Below are positions 49,189 through 58,700 of a stretch of DNA of 64,000 nt, piece after piece. The stretch's first letter is position 1; each line of letters begins with the position of its first letter. Location of the stretch: assembly GCA_049519175.1 (NCBI GenBank), contig JBEKQZ010000001.1, positions 17,021-81,020 of the forward strand, written 5' to 3'. The position numbers and the translations under genes are program-made. Below the pieces are notes generated by a model. The model worked only from the letters and a program-made list of their open reading frames with translations. It was not told the origin of the DNA and made no database searches. Source of the DNA: Candidatus Levyibacteriota bacterium. Its GTDB lineage: Bacteria; Patescibacteriota; Microgenomatia; Levybacterales; UBA12049.

Positions 49189-50462
49189 GTGTATTTAACA
49201 ATTGGGAAGTTCACTAGTGAGTCTTTCCCTTCCTTAAGATTATACACATTTTCGCTAAAAAGTGTATAGATGGTTTCATTTTTCAAAACCTTATCGCCGA
49301 TTTTTTTGTTTAAGTAAATTCCGGCGCCTTTCTGTTTTGGGGCGCCTAAAATTTTAGCAATGGCGGTGATGTTTTTACAATTTAATTCCTTAACAACTCC
49401 GCTTTTATCGGCTTTTTCTTCAAAGGCATTTTTACCCAGGCGTAATTTATCACTTTTAACATTTGGATTTCCTCCCTGTGCTTCAACAATTTGTTTAAAT
49501 TTTTCCAGAGCTCTGCCTGACTGTAAAATATCCAAAGCCCAGCCGTAAGTATTGCCGTAAATTTCTTTTATTGATTTGCGCAGCTCTTGAGGACTATCTT
49601 CAAGACATAGCTCCAGAAGGTTACTGGCTAAATTAATCGCTCTGACTTCCAAATCCAAAGGCCTATCTTTAGTTTGCTCTAACACTTTTAATGATTCCCT
49701 AATCTCCAGAACCGGTCCAATGCCGCGTCCTGCCGGCTCTTCGGTGTGGTGAATTAGCACTTTGAGCCTAATTTTAAATTTCTTGGCCAAAAAGTTAAAT
49801 TTTGCTTGGATTCGTTGAGCATCTTTTAAGCTGTGTGCCTTAACAGTTCTGCCATAAGGGAGATCAATCACAACATGGTTACTGCCGAAAGCAATTTTTT
49901 TGGCCATAATTGACACCAGAATTTTATCGAAGCTTTCAAACACTAACGGTTTTTCAACTTGGATAATAAGGTCGTCGGCCGGGGCAATTTTAAAACTGCC
50001 TCCCCAAACAATGCAACCGTTAGTCTTGTTAACAACGTCGTAAATCTGTTTTTCGGTTAGCTCCACCGGAGCTAAAACTTCCATGTCATCGGCAGTTCCG
50101 TCGGGAGTGGTAATTGCGCGAGAAGAACTTTTAGGAATTTTAAAACCTGCGGCGGCCACAATAGCAACAACTATGGGTGTCGTTCTGGTTCCCGGGACTC
50201 CGCCGATAGAATGCTTGTCGGCAATAATTCCTTTAAATTGTAATTTGTGTCCGGTTTCAACCATGGCTTTGGTTAAGTAGTAAAGTTCTTGATTACTAAA
50301 GCCTTCGGAGTACCCGGAAGCGGCAAAATAAGTAGTTAAAATCTCTCCGAGTCTTTGCCGAGAGATTTGGTCCATGATGGCATAGATTTCTTTGTAAGTT
50401 AAATTTTTGCCTAAAATCTTTTTACGGATAGCATTAACTGCTTGTTCTTTCTCGTCTATCAT
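49185..50462 (-). CDS. deoA: Thymidine/AMP phosphorylase family enzyme (glycosyl transferase family 3 fold)
   Basis: ...DKHSIGGVPGTRTTPIVVAIVAAAG...GGSFKIAPADDLI.... 425 aa. Confidence 0.8.
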   Translation of the reverse strand: MIDEKEQAVNAIRKKILGKNLTYKEIYAIMDQISRQRLGEILTTYFAASGYSEGFSNQELYYLTKAMVETGHKLQFKGIIADKHSIGGVPGTRTTPIVVAIVAAAGFKIPKSSSRAITTPDGTADDMEVLAPVELTEKQIYDVVNKTNGCIVWGGSFKIAPADDLIIQVEKPLVFESFDKILVSIMAKKIAFGSNHVVIDLPYGRTVKAHSLKDAQRIQAKFNFLAKKFKIRLKVLIHHTEEPAGRGIGPVLEIRESLKVLEQTKDRPLDLEVRAINLASNLLELCLEDSPQELRKSIKEIYGNTYGWALDILQSGRALEKFKQIVEAQGGNPNVKSDKLRLGKNAFEEKADKSGVVKELNCKNITAIAKILGAPKQKGAGIYLNKKIGDKVLKNETIYTLFSENVYNLKEGKDSLVNFPIVKYT

Positions 50463-50507
50463 ACTTGCCGGGAGACAGTTCTAATAAAAGATTTAATTAT
50501 TGTTTCC

Positions 50508-50537
50508 AAGAAGAAAAGGGTGTCATTAATCACCCTT
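50508..50537 (-). terminator. Terminator-like hairpin downstream of the sortase gene
   Basis: On the minus strand, AAGGGTG-attaatga-CACCCTT followed by UUCUUCUU. Confidence 0.35.
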
Positions 50538-50589
50538 CTGATAGTTGGCCAAATTTGGATTAAGATGCGTAATAAGAAAGGTTTTTCGT

Positions 50590-51321
50590 TCATATTTTTT
50601 CCACTTTCGTTTTAACCACCAATCTTTTCCAAGTTGTGCCGGGCGGTGTGCAAGTGACCAGAGTTAAATAACTATCGTCAAAGCTTTGTTCCAAAATAGA
50701 AGTGTTCTCCGGGTCAACGACGGTAATATTTTGCACTTGATATTTGTAAGTAGATTTACCGACATTAACGATAATTTCATCGCCGGGGGATAACTCATAC
50801 AGATAAGTAAAAACGGTTTTGTAACTTTTGGCATCGTAGAGTTGAGGTAGGGTGGAATGTCCAAAAACTACCGCATTACCTTTCTCGCCGGGAATAGCGG
50901 TCCCACCATAATTTACCAAATGACTGGCTAAATCATTATCAACCGTTGATACGACAGCATTGACTATGTTTAATTTAGGGATTGATAAGGAGTAAGTTGT
51001 TACTTGCTGTTTTGTATTCGATTGCCTTTTAAAATTAGGAAACCAATTATCAGCATTATTATAGTCAACGCCGCTAAGCGTGTTTGAGGCTTCGGCCAAA
51101 AGAGTTTGAAAAGTTGAGCTATTTACAATAGTGCTTTGCGGGATCGGGGAGCTAATATTTTGACTGGCAAATACCGGCGCAAAATAGATTTGCCAAGAAA
51201 TTAACGGTAGAAAAACGTAAGCCGTGATTACTAGTCCTATCGCAAAAATTCCTAACCCGATTAAGCGGGTGAATTTCTTCTTTCTATTTCCTTGGGCTTT
51301 TTTGTAATAAACTTTTGGCAT
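50590..51321 (-). CDS. Sortase-family transpeptidase
   Basis: N-terminal TM (LIGLGIFAIGLVITAYVFLPL), catalytic His in ...NAVVFGHSTLP..., catalytic Cys in ...YLTLVTCTPPGT..., and a downstream Arg (WKRLVV). 1-nt overlap with the upstream gene. Confidence 0.75.
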   Translation of the reverse strand: MPKVYYKKAQGNRKKKFTRLIGLGIFAIGLVITAYVFLPLISWQIYFAPVFASQNISSPIPQSTIVNSSTFQTLLAEASNTLSGVDYNNADNWFPNFKRQSNTKQQVTTYSLSIPKLNIVNAVVSTVDNDLASHLVNYGGTAIPGEKGNAVVFGHSTLPQLYDAKSYKTVFTYLYELSPGDEIIVNVGKSTYKYQVQNITVVDPENTSILEQSFDDSYLTLVTCTPPGTTWKRLVVKTKVEKI

Positions 51322-53672
51322 TATTTGGCAGTGATTTGGATTGTGATATTTTTAGGATTACCCGGCAGGTTGGTGGATAAGAAAGGAAGGCTTGGTTTTA
51401 GCTCAATGCCGACGTTTTCAACTTGAGAAAGACTGGAGAGTATGCTTCTGGCTTTGGTTAGCGAAGTCCCGGCAATTTGTTTGGCTATTTGGTTATTATC
51501 GAATTTGGGCAAAAGATTAGCACTAATTGCTAAATCTGCGGAGACGTCCCCGTTGTCGGCAACCGTAATATTTTTGGCGTTAACCGAAAGATTGTTTTTG
51601 CTAAGTTGAGTATTGCCACTGCTAAAAAGCGAATTGGCAACGGATAACATATCCGAAGCGTTGTAAGTTAAGCTTTGAAAATCGACCGTACCTTTTAGCG
51701 TTACACTGCTGGCCTGGTCCCCGGCATTTTTATCGAAGCTTTTATTGCTAATTGTTTCGCTGGTAAAACCGGACAATAAGACATTATCTCCCGTAACTTT
51801 GCTTTGCAGGTCGTTTTTAGCCTTGCTTTCAAGCTGTTTAGGCAATCCGTCTAAAAGTTTTTGAATGTCGTCTTTAGAGACAACCGTGACGGTTTTTTTG
51901 GCTCCGCCGGAAAACGCATTATCGTTTTTGGCGGCCACATCCCCAAGTGAATAATCGCCGACGCTGAATTTAGTTCCGGACGGTAAATTATAGTTTTGGC
52001 CGATATCGGAAGCCGTTATATTCACCGTGGCAGTCCCGGGGGTTTGATTAGAAGCATCTCCGGACGCCGAAGCCACTGAGGTGTCGCTGTCCAGAGTAAA
52101 ACTTAAATTATCTGGAGAAGTAATAGTTGTTCCGGAGGGCAAATCGATTGGGTTACTGGTGGCGTTAAAAATGGTTACGGAACCCTTAGCGGCAGTGCCG
52201 ATATCTTTTGTGCCACTGGAATTAACAGACATACTGCCGTCTTCGGAAACGGAAACCGGTTGCGAAGCAATAACACTGCTGGCAATATCCGTGGCTTTAT
52301 TTGAAGAAAAAGTAACCGAGGTAGTTTTCTGGTCGGATTTAGGATTAACCAAAAGCGTTACGGTTGCTTGGGCGTTGAAAATTAAGAAGAATGCTCCCAG
52401 CAAAAGTAGAATCACAATTGCGGCAGGAATAATTAGCACGGCATTTCGTTTTGATTTTCCGGCCGGATTGAATTTTTTGAAGAAGTTTATTATTGATACT
52501 CTAGCTTTAGCAGCTGTTAGGAGAGCAGTTCGTACCAATCCTGTTTTTGTTTCTTCTTCGATTTTTTCTTCTTCGGGAATTTCATTGAATTCCTCTTTAA
52601 TTACTTCGTCCGGCACTTTTTTCATTACCGGTTCGGGCTCCGGTTTTGCGCTTTTAGCGATATCGACTCCTTCGGCAAAGCCGAAATAAGCCAGTGAGTC
52701 GTCGGGGCTAATATAATCAGGTTTGTTGGTTGCGTTGACTGTTGCTCCTTCACTAGTTCCTACCGATTCGCCCGTTGCTTTTTCCCTTTCCTTGGCTTCC
52801 GACGCTGCAACCTTAGCGTTTATTTCCTCAAATTCTTTCGGTGTTTGGACCGGTTCGAAATTTGAAAATTCCTCAGGAGAGATCTTTTTTGGTTGTTCAT
52901 CGAAATCCACATTTTGCGAATCATAGATTAGTTGGGCGCCCATTTGAGTAGCGGCGCCTAAAAGCATGGCCTTAATTGATGCATCTTTGGGTAGGGTGGT
53001 AATTTGCGGCAGGTGCAGAAACGGTAAGCTTTTGCTCCATGGATGCCCGATAAACTCTTGGGTTATTTCTTCGTCATCAGCTCCGTAGATAACCACCCGG
53101 GATGGCATTGCTTCAGTAGCCTGAAAATGTTTTAGAAGCGTGTCAACCGTAAATGGAGCAGATTCGTGGATTTCCGAAGATTTGGTCTCGATAATTTTAC
53201 CGCTTTTAACCAAGGAAACGGTAATAAATTTTGTTCCCATATCCACCAAAACTGCGGTAACTGGTGCGCCTTCCTCCTGCTGTAAGAGATTAATAACGCT
53301 TTCGCTGGAAACCAAAAAACCAATCGGCTCAAGCGCCAATTCGTCGCTAGCTTTTTTTAGTTTTTCCAAATACTCCTTTTTAATTTTATTGTCTTCAATC
53401 CAATTTTCTTTTAATCCGAAGATGGTTTTGTGGCTTTCGACATTATCCGGTAGGACATTTTCCGCCTGGCTAATCGATTTATCCAAAACCTCCAGAAATT
53501 GTTCGGTCGTAGCGTCTTCAATCGTATTGTCAAAATCTTCTTCCCCATGTCCCAGGTATTTGATGACATTGCCCGATTTGGCAAATAAGATTGAGGTGGC
53601 TCGTTCATTCCTTAGCACCAGAGCCATATAGTATTCCGGTTTAACCTTACTGTCTAAAAAAGGCAACTTCAT
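51321..53672 (-). CDS. Bitopic fusion protein: N-terminal PilM/FtsA-like actin-fold domain, one TM, and a large Ser/Thr-rich extracellular domain
   Basis: ...YYMALVLRNERATSILFAKSG... and ...AVLVDMGTKFITVSLVKSGKI... (actin-like phosphate-1/-2-type motifs). TM AVLIIPAAIVILLLLGAFFLIF at about aa 400. C-terminal about 350 aa has low complexity with beta-rich repeats and no LPXTG. Confidence 0.5.
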   Translation of the reverse strand: MKLPFLDSKVKPEYYMALVLRNERATSILFAKSGNVIKYLGHGEEDFDNTIEDATTEQFLEVLDKSISQAENVLPDNVESHKTIFGLKENWIEDNKIKKEYLEKLKKASDELALEPIGFLVSSESVINLLQQEEGAPVTAVLVDMGTKFITVSLVKSGKIIETKSSEIHESAPFTVDTLLKHFQATEAMPSRVVIYGADDEEITQEFIGHPWSKSLPFLHLPQITTLPKDASIKAMLLGAATQMGAQLIYDSQNVDFDEQPKKISPEEFSNFEPVQTPKEFEEINAKVAASEAKEREKATGESVGTSEGATVNATNKPDYISPDDSLAYFGFAEGVDIAKSAKPEPEPVMKKVPDEVIKEEFNEIPEEEKIEEETKTGLVRTALLTAAKARVSIINFFKKFNPAGKSKRNAVLIIPAAIVILLLLGAFFLIFNAQATVTLLVNPKSDQKTTSVTFSSNKATDIASSVIASQPVSVSEDGSMSVNSSGTKDIGTAAKGSVTIFNATSNPIDLPSGTTITSPDNLSFTLDSDTSVASASGDASNQTPGTATVNITASDIGQNYNLPSGTKFSVGDYSLGDVAAKNDNAFSGGAKKTVTVVSKDDIQKLLDGLPKQLESKAKNDLQSKVTGDNVLLSGFTSETISNKSFDKNAGDQASSVTLKGTVDFQSLTYNASDMLSVANSLFSSGNTQLSKNNLSVNAKNITVADNGDVSADLAISANLLPKFDNNQIAKQIAGTSLTKARSILSSLSQVENVGIELKPSLPFLSTNLPGNPKNITIQITAK

Positions 53673-53674
53673 AA

Positions 53675-55447
53675 TTAGCCGACAACGGCATAGATTCGGC
53701 GCTGTCCGTGGCCGATATTCTCCTGCTTTATTATTTTAAACTTTTTAATTTCACCTGTAAAATTTACATGAGGTCCTCCGCAGAATTCTTTGGAGTAGTC
53801 GCCGACAAAATAAACCTTAACATTGTCAGCGTATTTTTCGTCAAACAAGCCGATTGCCCCCAGTTGTTTGGCTTTGGCAAGCGGTAGAATTTCGAAATGT
53901 ACGGGTAAATTCTCTTTAATTTTTTCGTTGACGGTGGCCTCAATTTGAGTAATTTCGTTATCCTCTAGCTTCCGATCGAAGTTGAAATCAAATCTTACCC
54001 GTTCACTTGTTATGTTCGAACCTGTTTGATGGAGTTGTTCTCCAAACATGTCTCGTAAGGCTTTATGTAAAAGGTGAGTAGCGGTATGTCCCATGATAGT
54101 TTTTTCGGCATGGTCGGCTAAACCGCCTTTGAATTTTTGTTCGGCGCCGGCTCTGGATAATTTTTGGTGTTCTTCCATCTTTTTGGCAAATTCCTGCTCG
54201 TTAAAAACATAACCTAATCCTCTGATTTGAGTTGGAGAAAGACCATGTGTTGTATACATTCTAAAGGCATCATCGGCAGAAATTTCTTTAGTATTTTTCG
54301 TTCCTCCTGTAGTTTTTAGTAGCTTTTCCGCTTCACTAATTGTTCTTTGGTAGTTTTGTAGTTCTTCTAAAATGACATTTTTTATTTCCTCATATTTTTC
54401 TTTTAAATCTTCGTCAGTCGTTGAGTATTGTTCAACAATTTTTTCTATTACTGTTGTAATATTCTCGCCGTCCAAGATGCGGAAATTATCGAGTGCACGC
54501 CTAATTAGTCTTCGTAAAATATACCCTTGCTCGGTCTTCGCTGGTTTGATGCTGGCAGCAGCAATAAACGTCGATGCTACTAGATGGTCGGCGATAATCT
54601 GCATTTCCTTTTTGTTTTGGTCATAAGTCTTACCACTTTCGTCCTCAATAGTTTTTATTATCGAGGCAAAAAGGGAAGTCTGGAAAACGTCGGACTTATT
54701 TTCAACCGCCGCCAATAATCTCTCGACGCCCCCGCCATAATCAACATTTTTTTGCGGTAGTTCTTCGAAACTTTGCTCCGTTTTTCGATATTGCATAAAA
54801 ACAGAATTCGCAATTTCCATAAACTTACCGCATTTGCAGTCAATCGGATTGTCCTTGCATTCGGGTTGATGTTCGACTTCGTCAAAACGATAATAAACTT
54901 CGGTGTCAGGTCCGCCGATTTCGCCGACTGGCATATTTTTAGGAAGACCACTACGTGACCACCAATCTGTATCGTCAAAAGTTATTTTTTCTTTCGGATT
55001 AAATCCGTCTTTTTTCAGGATTTCCGCCCAAATTCCATATGCTTCTTCGTCTTTTTGAATATTTCCGTAGCCGTTAAAAACAGTAATAAACAGTTTCTCC
55101 TTGGGGAGTCCGAACTCTTTTATCAAAAGCTCCCATAGCCAGGGAATTTCTTCGTTTTTAAAATAATCTCCAAGAGACCAATTGCCAAGCATTCGGAAAA
55201 ATGTCTCGTGACGGTTGTCTCCGACTTCCTCGATATCAACCGCCCGGAAACAATTCTGAACATCAACCAATCTTTTTCCGGCAGGATGTTGTTCGCCCAT
55301 TAGATAGGAGACTAAAGGTTGCATCCCCGCGGATGTGAAAAGCGTAGTTGGGTCGTTTTCCGGAATCAGCGGAGAATTAGCAATGCGTTTGTGCCCGCGT
55401 TTTTCAAAAAAACTAATGTAGATATCAATAATTTCTCTAGCTGTCAT
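53675..55447 (-). CDS. alaS: Alanine--tRNA ligase (short form)
   Basis: ...FFEKRGHKRIANSPLIPENDPTTLFTSAGMQPL... class II core and the editing-domain HxxxH/CGG.HV motifs. 590 aa. Confidence 0.9.
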   Translation of the reverse strand: MTAREIIDIYISFFEKRGHKRIANSPLIPENDPTTLFTSAGMQPLVSYLMGEQHPAGKRLVDVQNCFRAVDIEEVGDNRHETFFRMLGNWSLGDYFKNEEIPWLWELLIKEFGLPKEKLFITVFNGYGNIQKDEEAYGIWAEILKKDGFNPKEKITFDDTDWWSRSGLPKNMPVGEIGGPDTEVYYRFDEVEHQPECKDNPIDCKCGKFMEIANSVFMQYRKTEQSFEELPQKNVDYGGGVERLLAAVENKSDVFQTSLFASIIKTIEDESGKTYDQNKKEMQIIADHLVASTFIAAASIKPAKTEQGYILRRLIRRALDNFRILDGENITTVIEKIVEQYSTTDEDLKEKYEEIKNVILEELQNYQRTISEAEKLLKTTGGTKNTKEISADDAFRMYTTHGLSPTQIRGLGYVFNEQEFAKKMEEHQKLSRAGAEQKFKGGLADHAEKTIMGHTATHLLHKALRDMFGEQLHQTGSNITSERVRFDFNFDRKLEDNEITQIEATVNEKIKENLPVHFEILPLAKAKQLGAIGLFDEKYADNVKVYFVGDYSKEFCGGPHVNFTGEIKKFKIIKQENIGHGQRRIYAVVG

Positions 55448-55487
55448 TACTACTCATTATATCAGTCTAAAGCGAATTTAAACAAAC

Positions 55488-55530
55488 AAAAAATAGAGGC
55501 CCCGCATGTTTGCCCAAGCAAGGCCTCCGC
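55488..55530 (-). promoter_or_regulatory. Attenuator-like terminator hairpin in the alaS leader, directly downstream of a TTGACT-16-TATAAT promoter (about 55536-55563, minus strand)
   Basis: Minus-strand RNA GCGGAGGCC-uugcuugggcaaacaugcgg-GGCCUC followed by UAUUUUUUGUUUGUUU, about 50 nt upstream of the alaS AUG. No T-box specifier/antiterminator sequence seen. Confidence 0.4.
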
Positions 55531-55593
55531 GCAAAATTATAAACTTTCATTTCAGAAAGTCAATCCTCGAAAAGTTTCTAGAACATTTACCCC

Positions 55594-55678
55594 TTGACAC
55601 AAACTCAAGATGTATGATATAAAAACAATCACTCTATAGGAATCAATGGAAAAGGTGAAAAACCTTTCCCATTTTTTT
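55594..55678 (+). promoter_or_regulatory. rpoB promoter (TTGACA-18-TATAAA) with a weak leader hairpin plus U-run
   Basis: TTGACA 55594-55599 and TATAAA 55618-55623. AAAGGT-gaaaa-ACCTTT followed by cccaTTTTTTT at 55651-55678. Confidence 0.4.
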
Positions 55679-55736
55679 GGCATCTGCCATCTTTCTATAA
55701 GACGGATTTATAAATTAGTTTTGGGGAATTTATCTA

Positions 55737-58700
55737 ATGGCAAAAAAAAGCAACAACGACAATACGAATCAACCAAGAACTAACTGGGGAAAAGACTTTT
55801 CTTTACTTCCGAATTTAGATCTTCTTGCTATTCAAAAGCAATCTTATAAGTGGTTTTTGGAGCAAGGTATTAAGGAAGTCCTCCAAGAAATTTCCCCGAT
55901 TGATGACTTCACCGAAAAGAACTGGACCCTCGAACTAAAAGACTACAGAATCGGAAAAACAACCAACACACCGGAGATTGCACTCTCCAAAGGTGTGACT
56001 TTTGATGCTCCTTTATACGTTAATGCGACCTTAACCAATAAAAAAACCGGAGCTACCTATGACCAGGAAGTTTTCTTGGGTGACATTCCGCAAATGACCG
56101 AGCGCGCAACTTTTGTTATCAACGGGATCGAAAGAGCGGTTGTTAATCAATTGGTTAGAAGTCCAGGAGTTTTCTTTACCGCCACTCAGGATAATGTTAC
56201 CGGAAAAACTCTTTATAACGCCGAAATTAGACCCGTGCACGGCAGCTGGCTGGAATTCATCACTACCCGTCACGAAACCGTGATGGTCAAAATTGACCGG
56301 CGCCGAAAGTTTTTGGTCACCACCTTTCTTCGAGCTTTAGGCATTTCTTCAAACGATGACATTAAAAACAGATTTAGAGACGTTGAGACCGACGGTAAAA
56401 CCCAATTTATCGAAAATACCTTGCTTAAAGATGAAACTACCGATGCGCAAGAAGCTCTAATTGAAATTTTCCGCAAAATGCACCCCGGTGAGCCGGTTGT
56501 TTTGGATAAAGTCCGGGAAAATTTCCTCGGGATGTTTTTTAATAATAGAAGATATGATTTGGGAGCGGTCGGACGATACAAAATCAATAAGAAATTAGAC
56601 GGCACCGCCGGATTCCACGCGCCAAATTTAGACACCAAGATTTTAACCGTTGAAGATATTATCGGTACCATTTCCTTTCTCATTAAATTGGCCCAAGGCA
56701 CAGAAGGCATCGACGACATCGATTCCTTAGCTAACCGCAGAGTCAGATGTGTCGGCGAATTAGTTGCCACGACCGCTTTCCGCATCGGCGCGTTAAGGCT
56801 CGAGAGAAGCGTTAAAGAAAGAATGAGTTTAATCCAGCCCGACGTGCCGGTTTCCATCGGTGGACTAATTAACGCCCGGCCGATTATGGCGGCCATTAAC
56901 GAATTCTTCCGCACTTCACAGCTATCAACTATTTTGGACCAGACTAATCCGTTGTCCGAAATCGATAATTTAAACCGCTTAACGGTGATGGGAACCGGCG
57001 GAATCAGTAGGGAACGCGCGGCCTTTTCCATCCGCGATATCAACAGCTCGCAGTATTCCCGGATTTGTCCGATCCGAAGCCCTGAAGGCCCAAACATCGG
57101 CTTGGTCACGTATTTGGCTTTATACGCTAAAGTCAACGAATTTGGCTTTTTGGAAGCGCCCTACCGCAAAGTCGTGCATGAAAAACGCGGCAAGGACATT
57201 AAATCCATCGCCACCAACGAAATAGTTTATCTTTCGGCCGACGACGAAAGAAAACATTACATCACCGACGCCCAAGTAGTGACAGCGGATAATAAAATTA
57301 TTGACGAAAGAGTTCCGGTCAGGTTTAACGGCGAATTTATGGAGTCGGCCAAAGAAGCAGTCGAATATGTTGATTTGGTGCCGCGCCAAGTAGTTGGCAG
57401 CGCCGCCTCTTTAATTCCGTTTGTCAGTCATGATGAGGCCAACCGTGCTTTGATGGGCACGCATATGCAGTGTCAGGCAGTGCCTTTAATTTCTCCACAA
57501 AGCCCGGTGGTGGGAACCGGTATGGAAGGGTTAATTTCGCAGATGATGGGCCGGGTTATTTACGTACCTTATGACGCCCAAGTAACGTATGCCGATGCAC
57601 AAAAAATTATCATCAAGGGCAAGGGTCAAAAAGAAGAAACTTTTAAAGTCTTTTCTTTCCAGAGAACTTCCCAAGCCACCGCCTACACGCAAAGAACCAT
57701 GGTTAAAACCGGACAGAAAGTTAAAAAAGGCGACCTTTTAATCGACGGACCGGCTTCACAAAACGGGGAACTGGCTTTAGGCCAAAATCTGTTAATCGCT
57801 TACACTTCTTTGGACGGCTTGGGTTATGAAGACGGTATTGTTATTTCGGACAGAATGGTTAAAGAAGATTTGCTGTCTTCAATTCACATTGAAAGATACG
57901 AATCGGCAGTGGTGGAAACCAAATTGGGGCCGGAAGAAACCACCCGCGATATCCCCAATGTTTCGGAAGAGGATTTGGCCAATTTGGACGAAGAGGGAAT
58001 TGTGGTTATCGGTTCGGAAGTTTCGCCGGGCGATATTTTGGTCGGAAAAATCGCGCCCAAAGGCGAAACCGAGCTTTCCGCCGAAGAAAGATTGTTACGC
58101 GCTATTTTTGGCGAGCAAGCCAGGGAGGTCCGGGATACTTCGCTTCGTATGCCGCACGGCGAAAGAGGCACGGTTATCGATGTGCAGATTCTGGACCGAA
58201 AAAAAGGCGACGAACTGGAGCCGGGCACGATGCGCAAGATTTTGGTGGAAGTGGCACAACTTCGCCACGTGGTTATCGGCGACAAACTGGCCGGACGACA
58301 CGGCAACAAAGGCGTTATCTCCAAAATTCTGCCGGAAGTGGATATGCCGCATTTGGCGGACGGCACGCCGGTTGATATCATTATTTCTCCGATTTCCGTT
58401 TTGGCTCGTATGAATTTGGGCCAGCTGTTGGAAGCGCATCTGGGCTGGGCGGAAATCAATTTGGGCGAAAAAATTTCGGCGCCGGTTTTTGAAGAAATCA
58501 ACGAAGATAAAATTATTTCCGAACTCAAAAAAGCCGGGCTGCCGGTGGAGGGTAAAACCATTCTTTACGACGGACGAACCGGCGAGCCCTACGAAAATCC
58601 GGCGGCGGTCGGAATTGAATACATGATGAAATTAATCCACATGGTTGAGGATAAGACGCATGCCCGCTCGACCGGACCATACTCATTAGTTACCCAACAG

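Noticed and set aside
50463-50589. tRNA or ncRNA in the 127-nt deoA-sortase spacer
   Set aside because: No conserved tRNA features (GTTC-type T-loop, acceptor pairing). Only a simple hairpin is present, consistent with a terminator.
53600-53672. LPXTG or other sorting signal at the C-terminus of the 783-aa sortase-adjacent protein
   Set aside because: The C-terminus (...ELKPSLPFLSTNLPGNPKNITIQITAK) has no LPXTG-like pentapeptide followed by a hydrophobic segment. The protein is anchored by an internal TM instead.
55448-55736. T-box riboswitch upstream of alaS, or tRNA/small-RNA gene in the 289-nt alaS-rpoB spacer
   Set aside because: No T-box core (AGGGUGGNACCGCG), specifier loop or tRNA cloverleaf features could be found by eye. 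The spacer is accounted for by two divergent promoters and hairpins.
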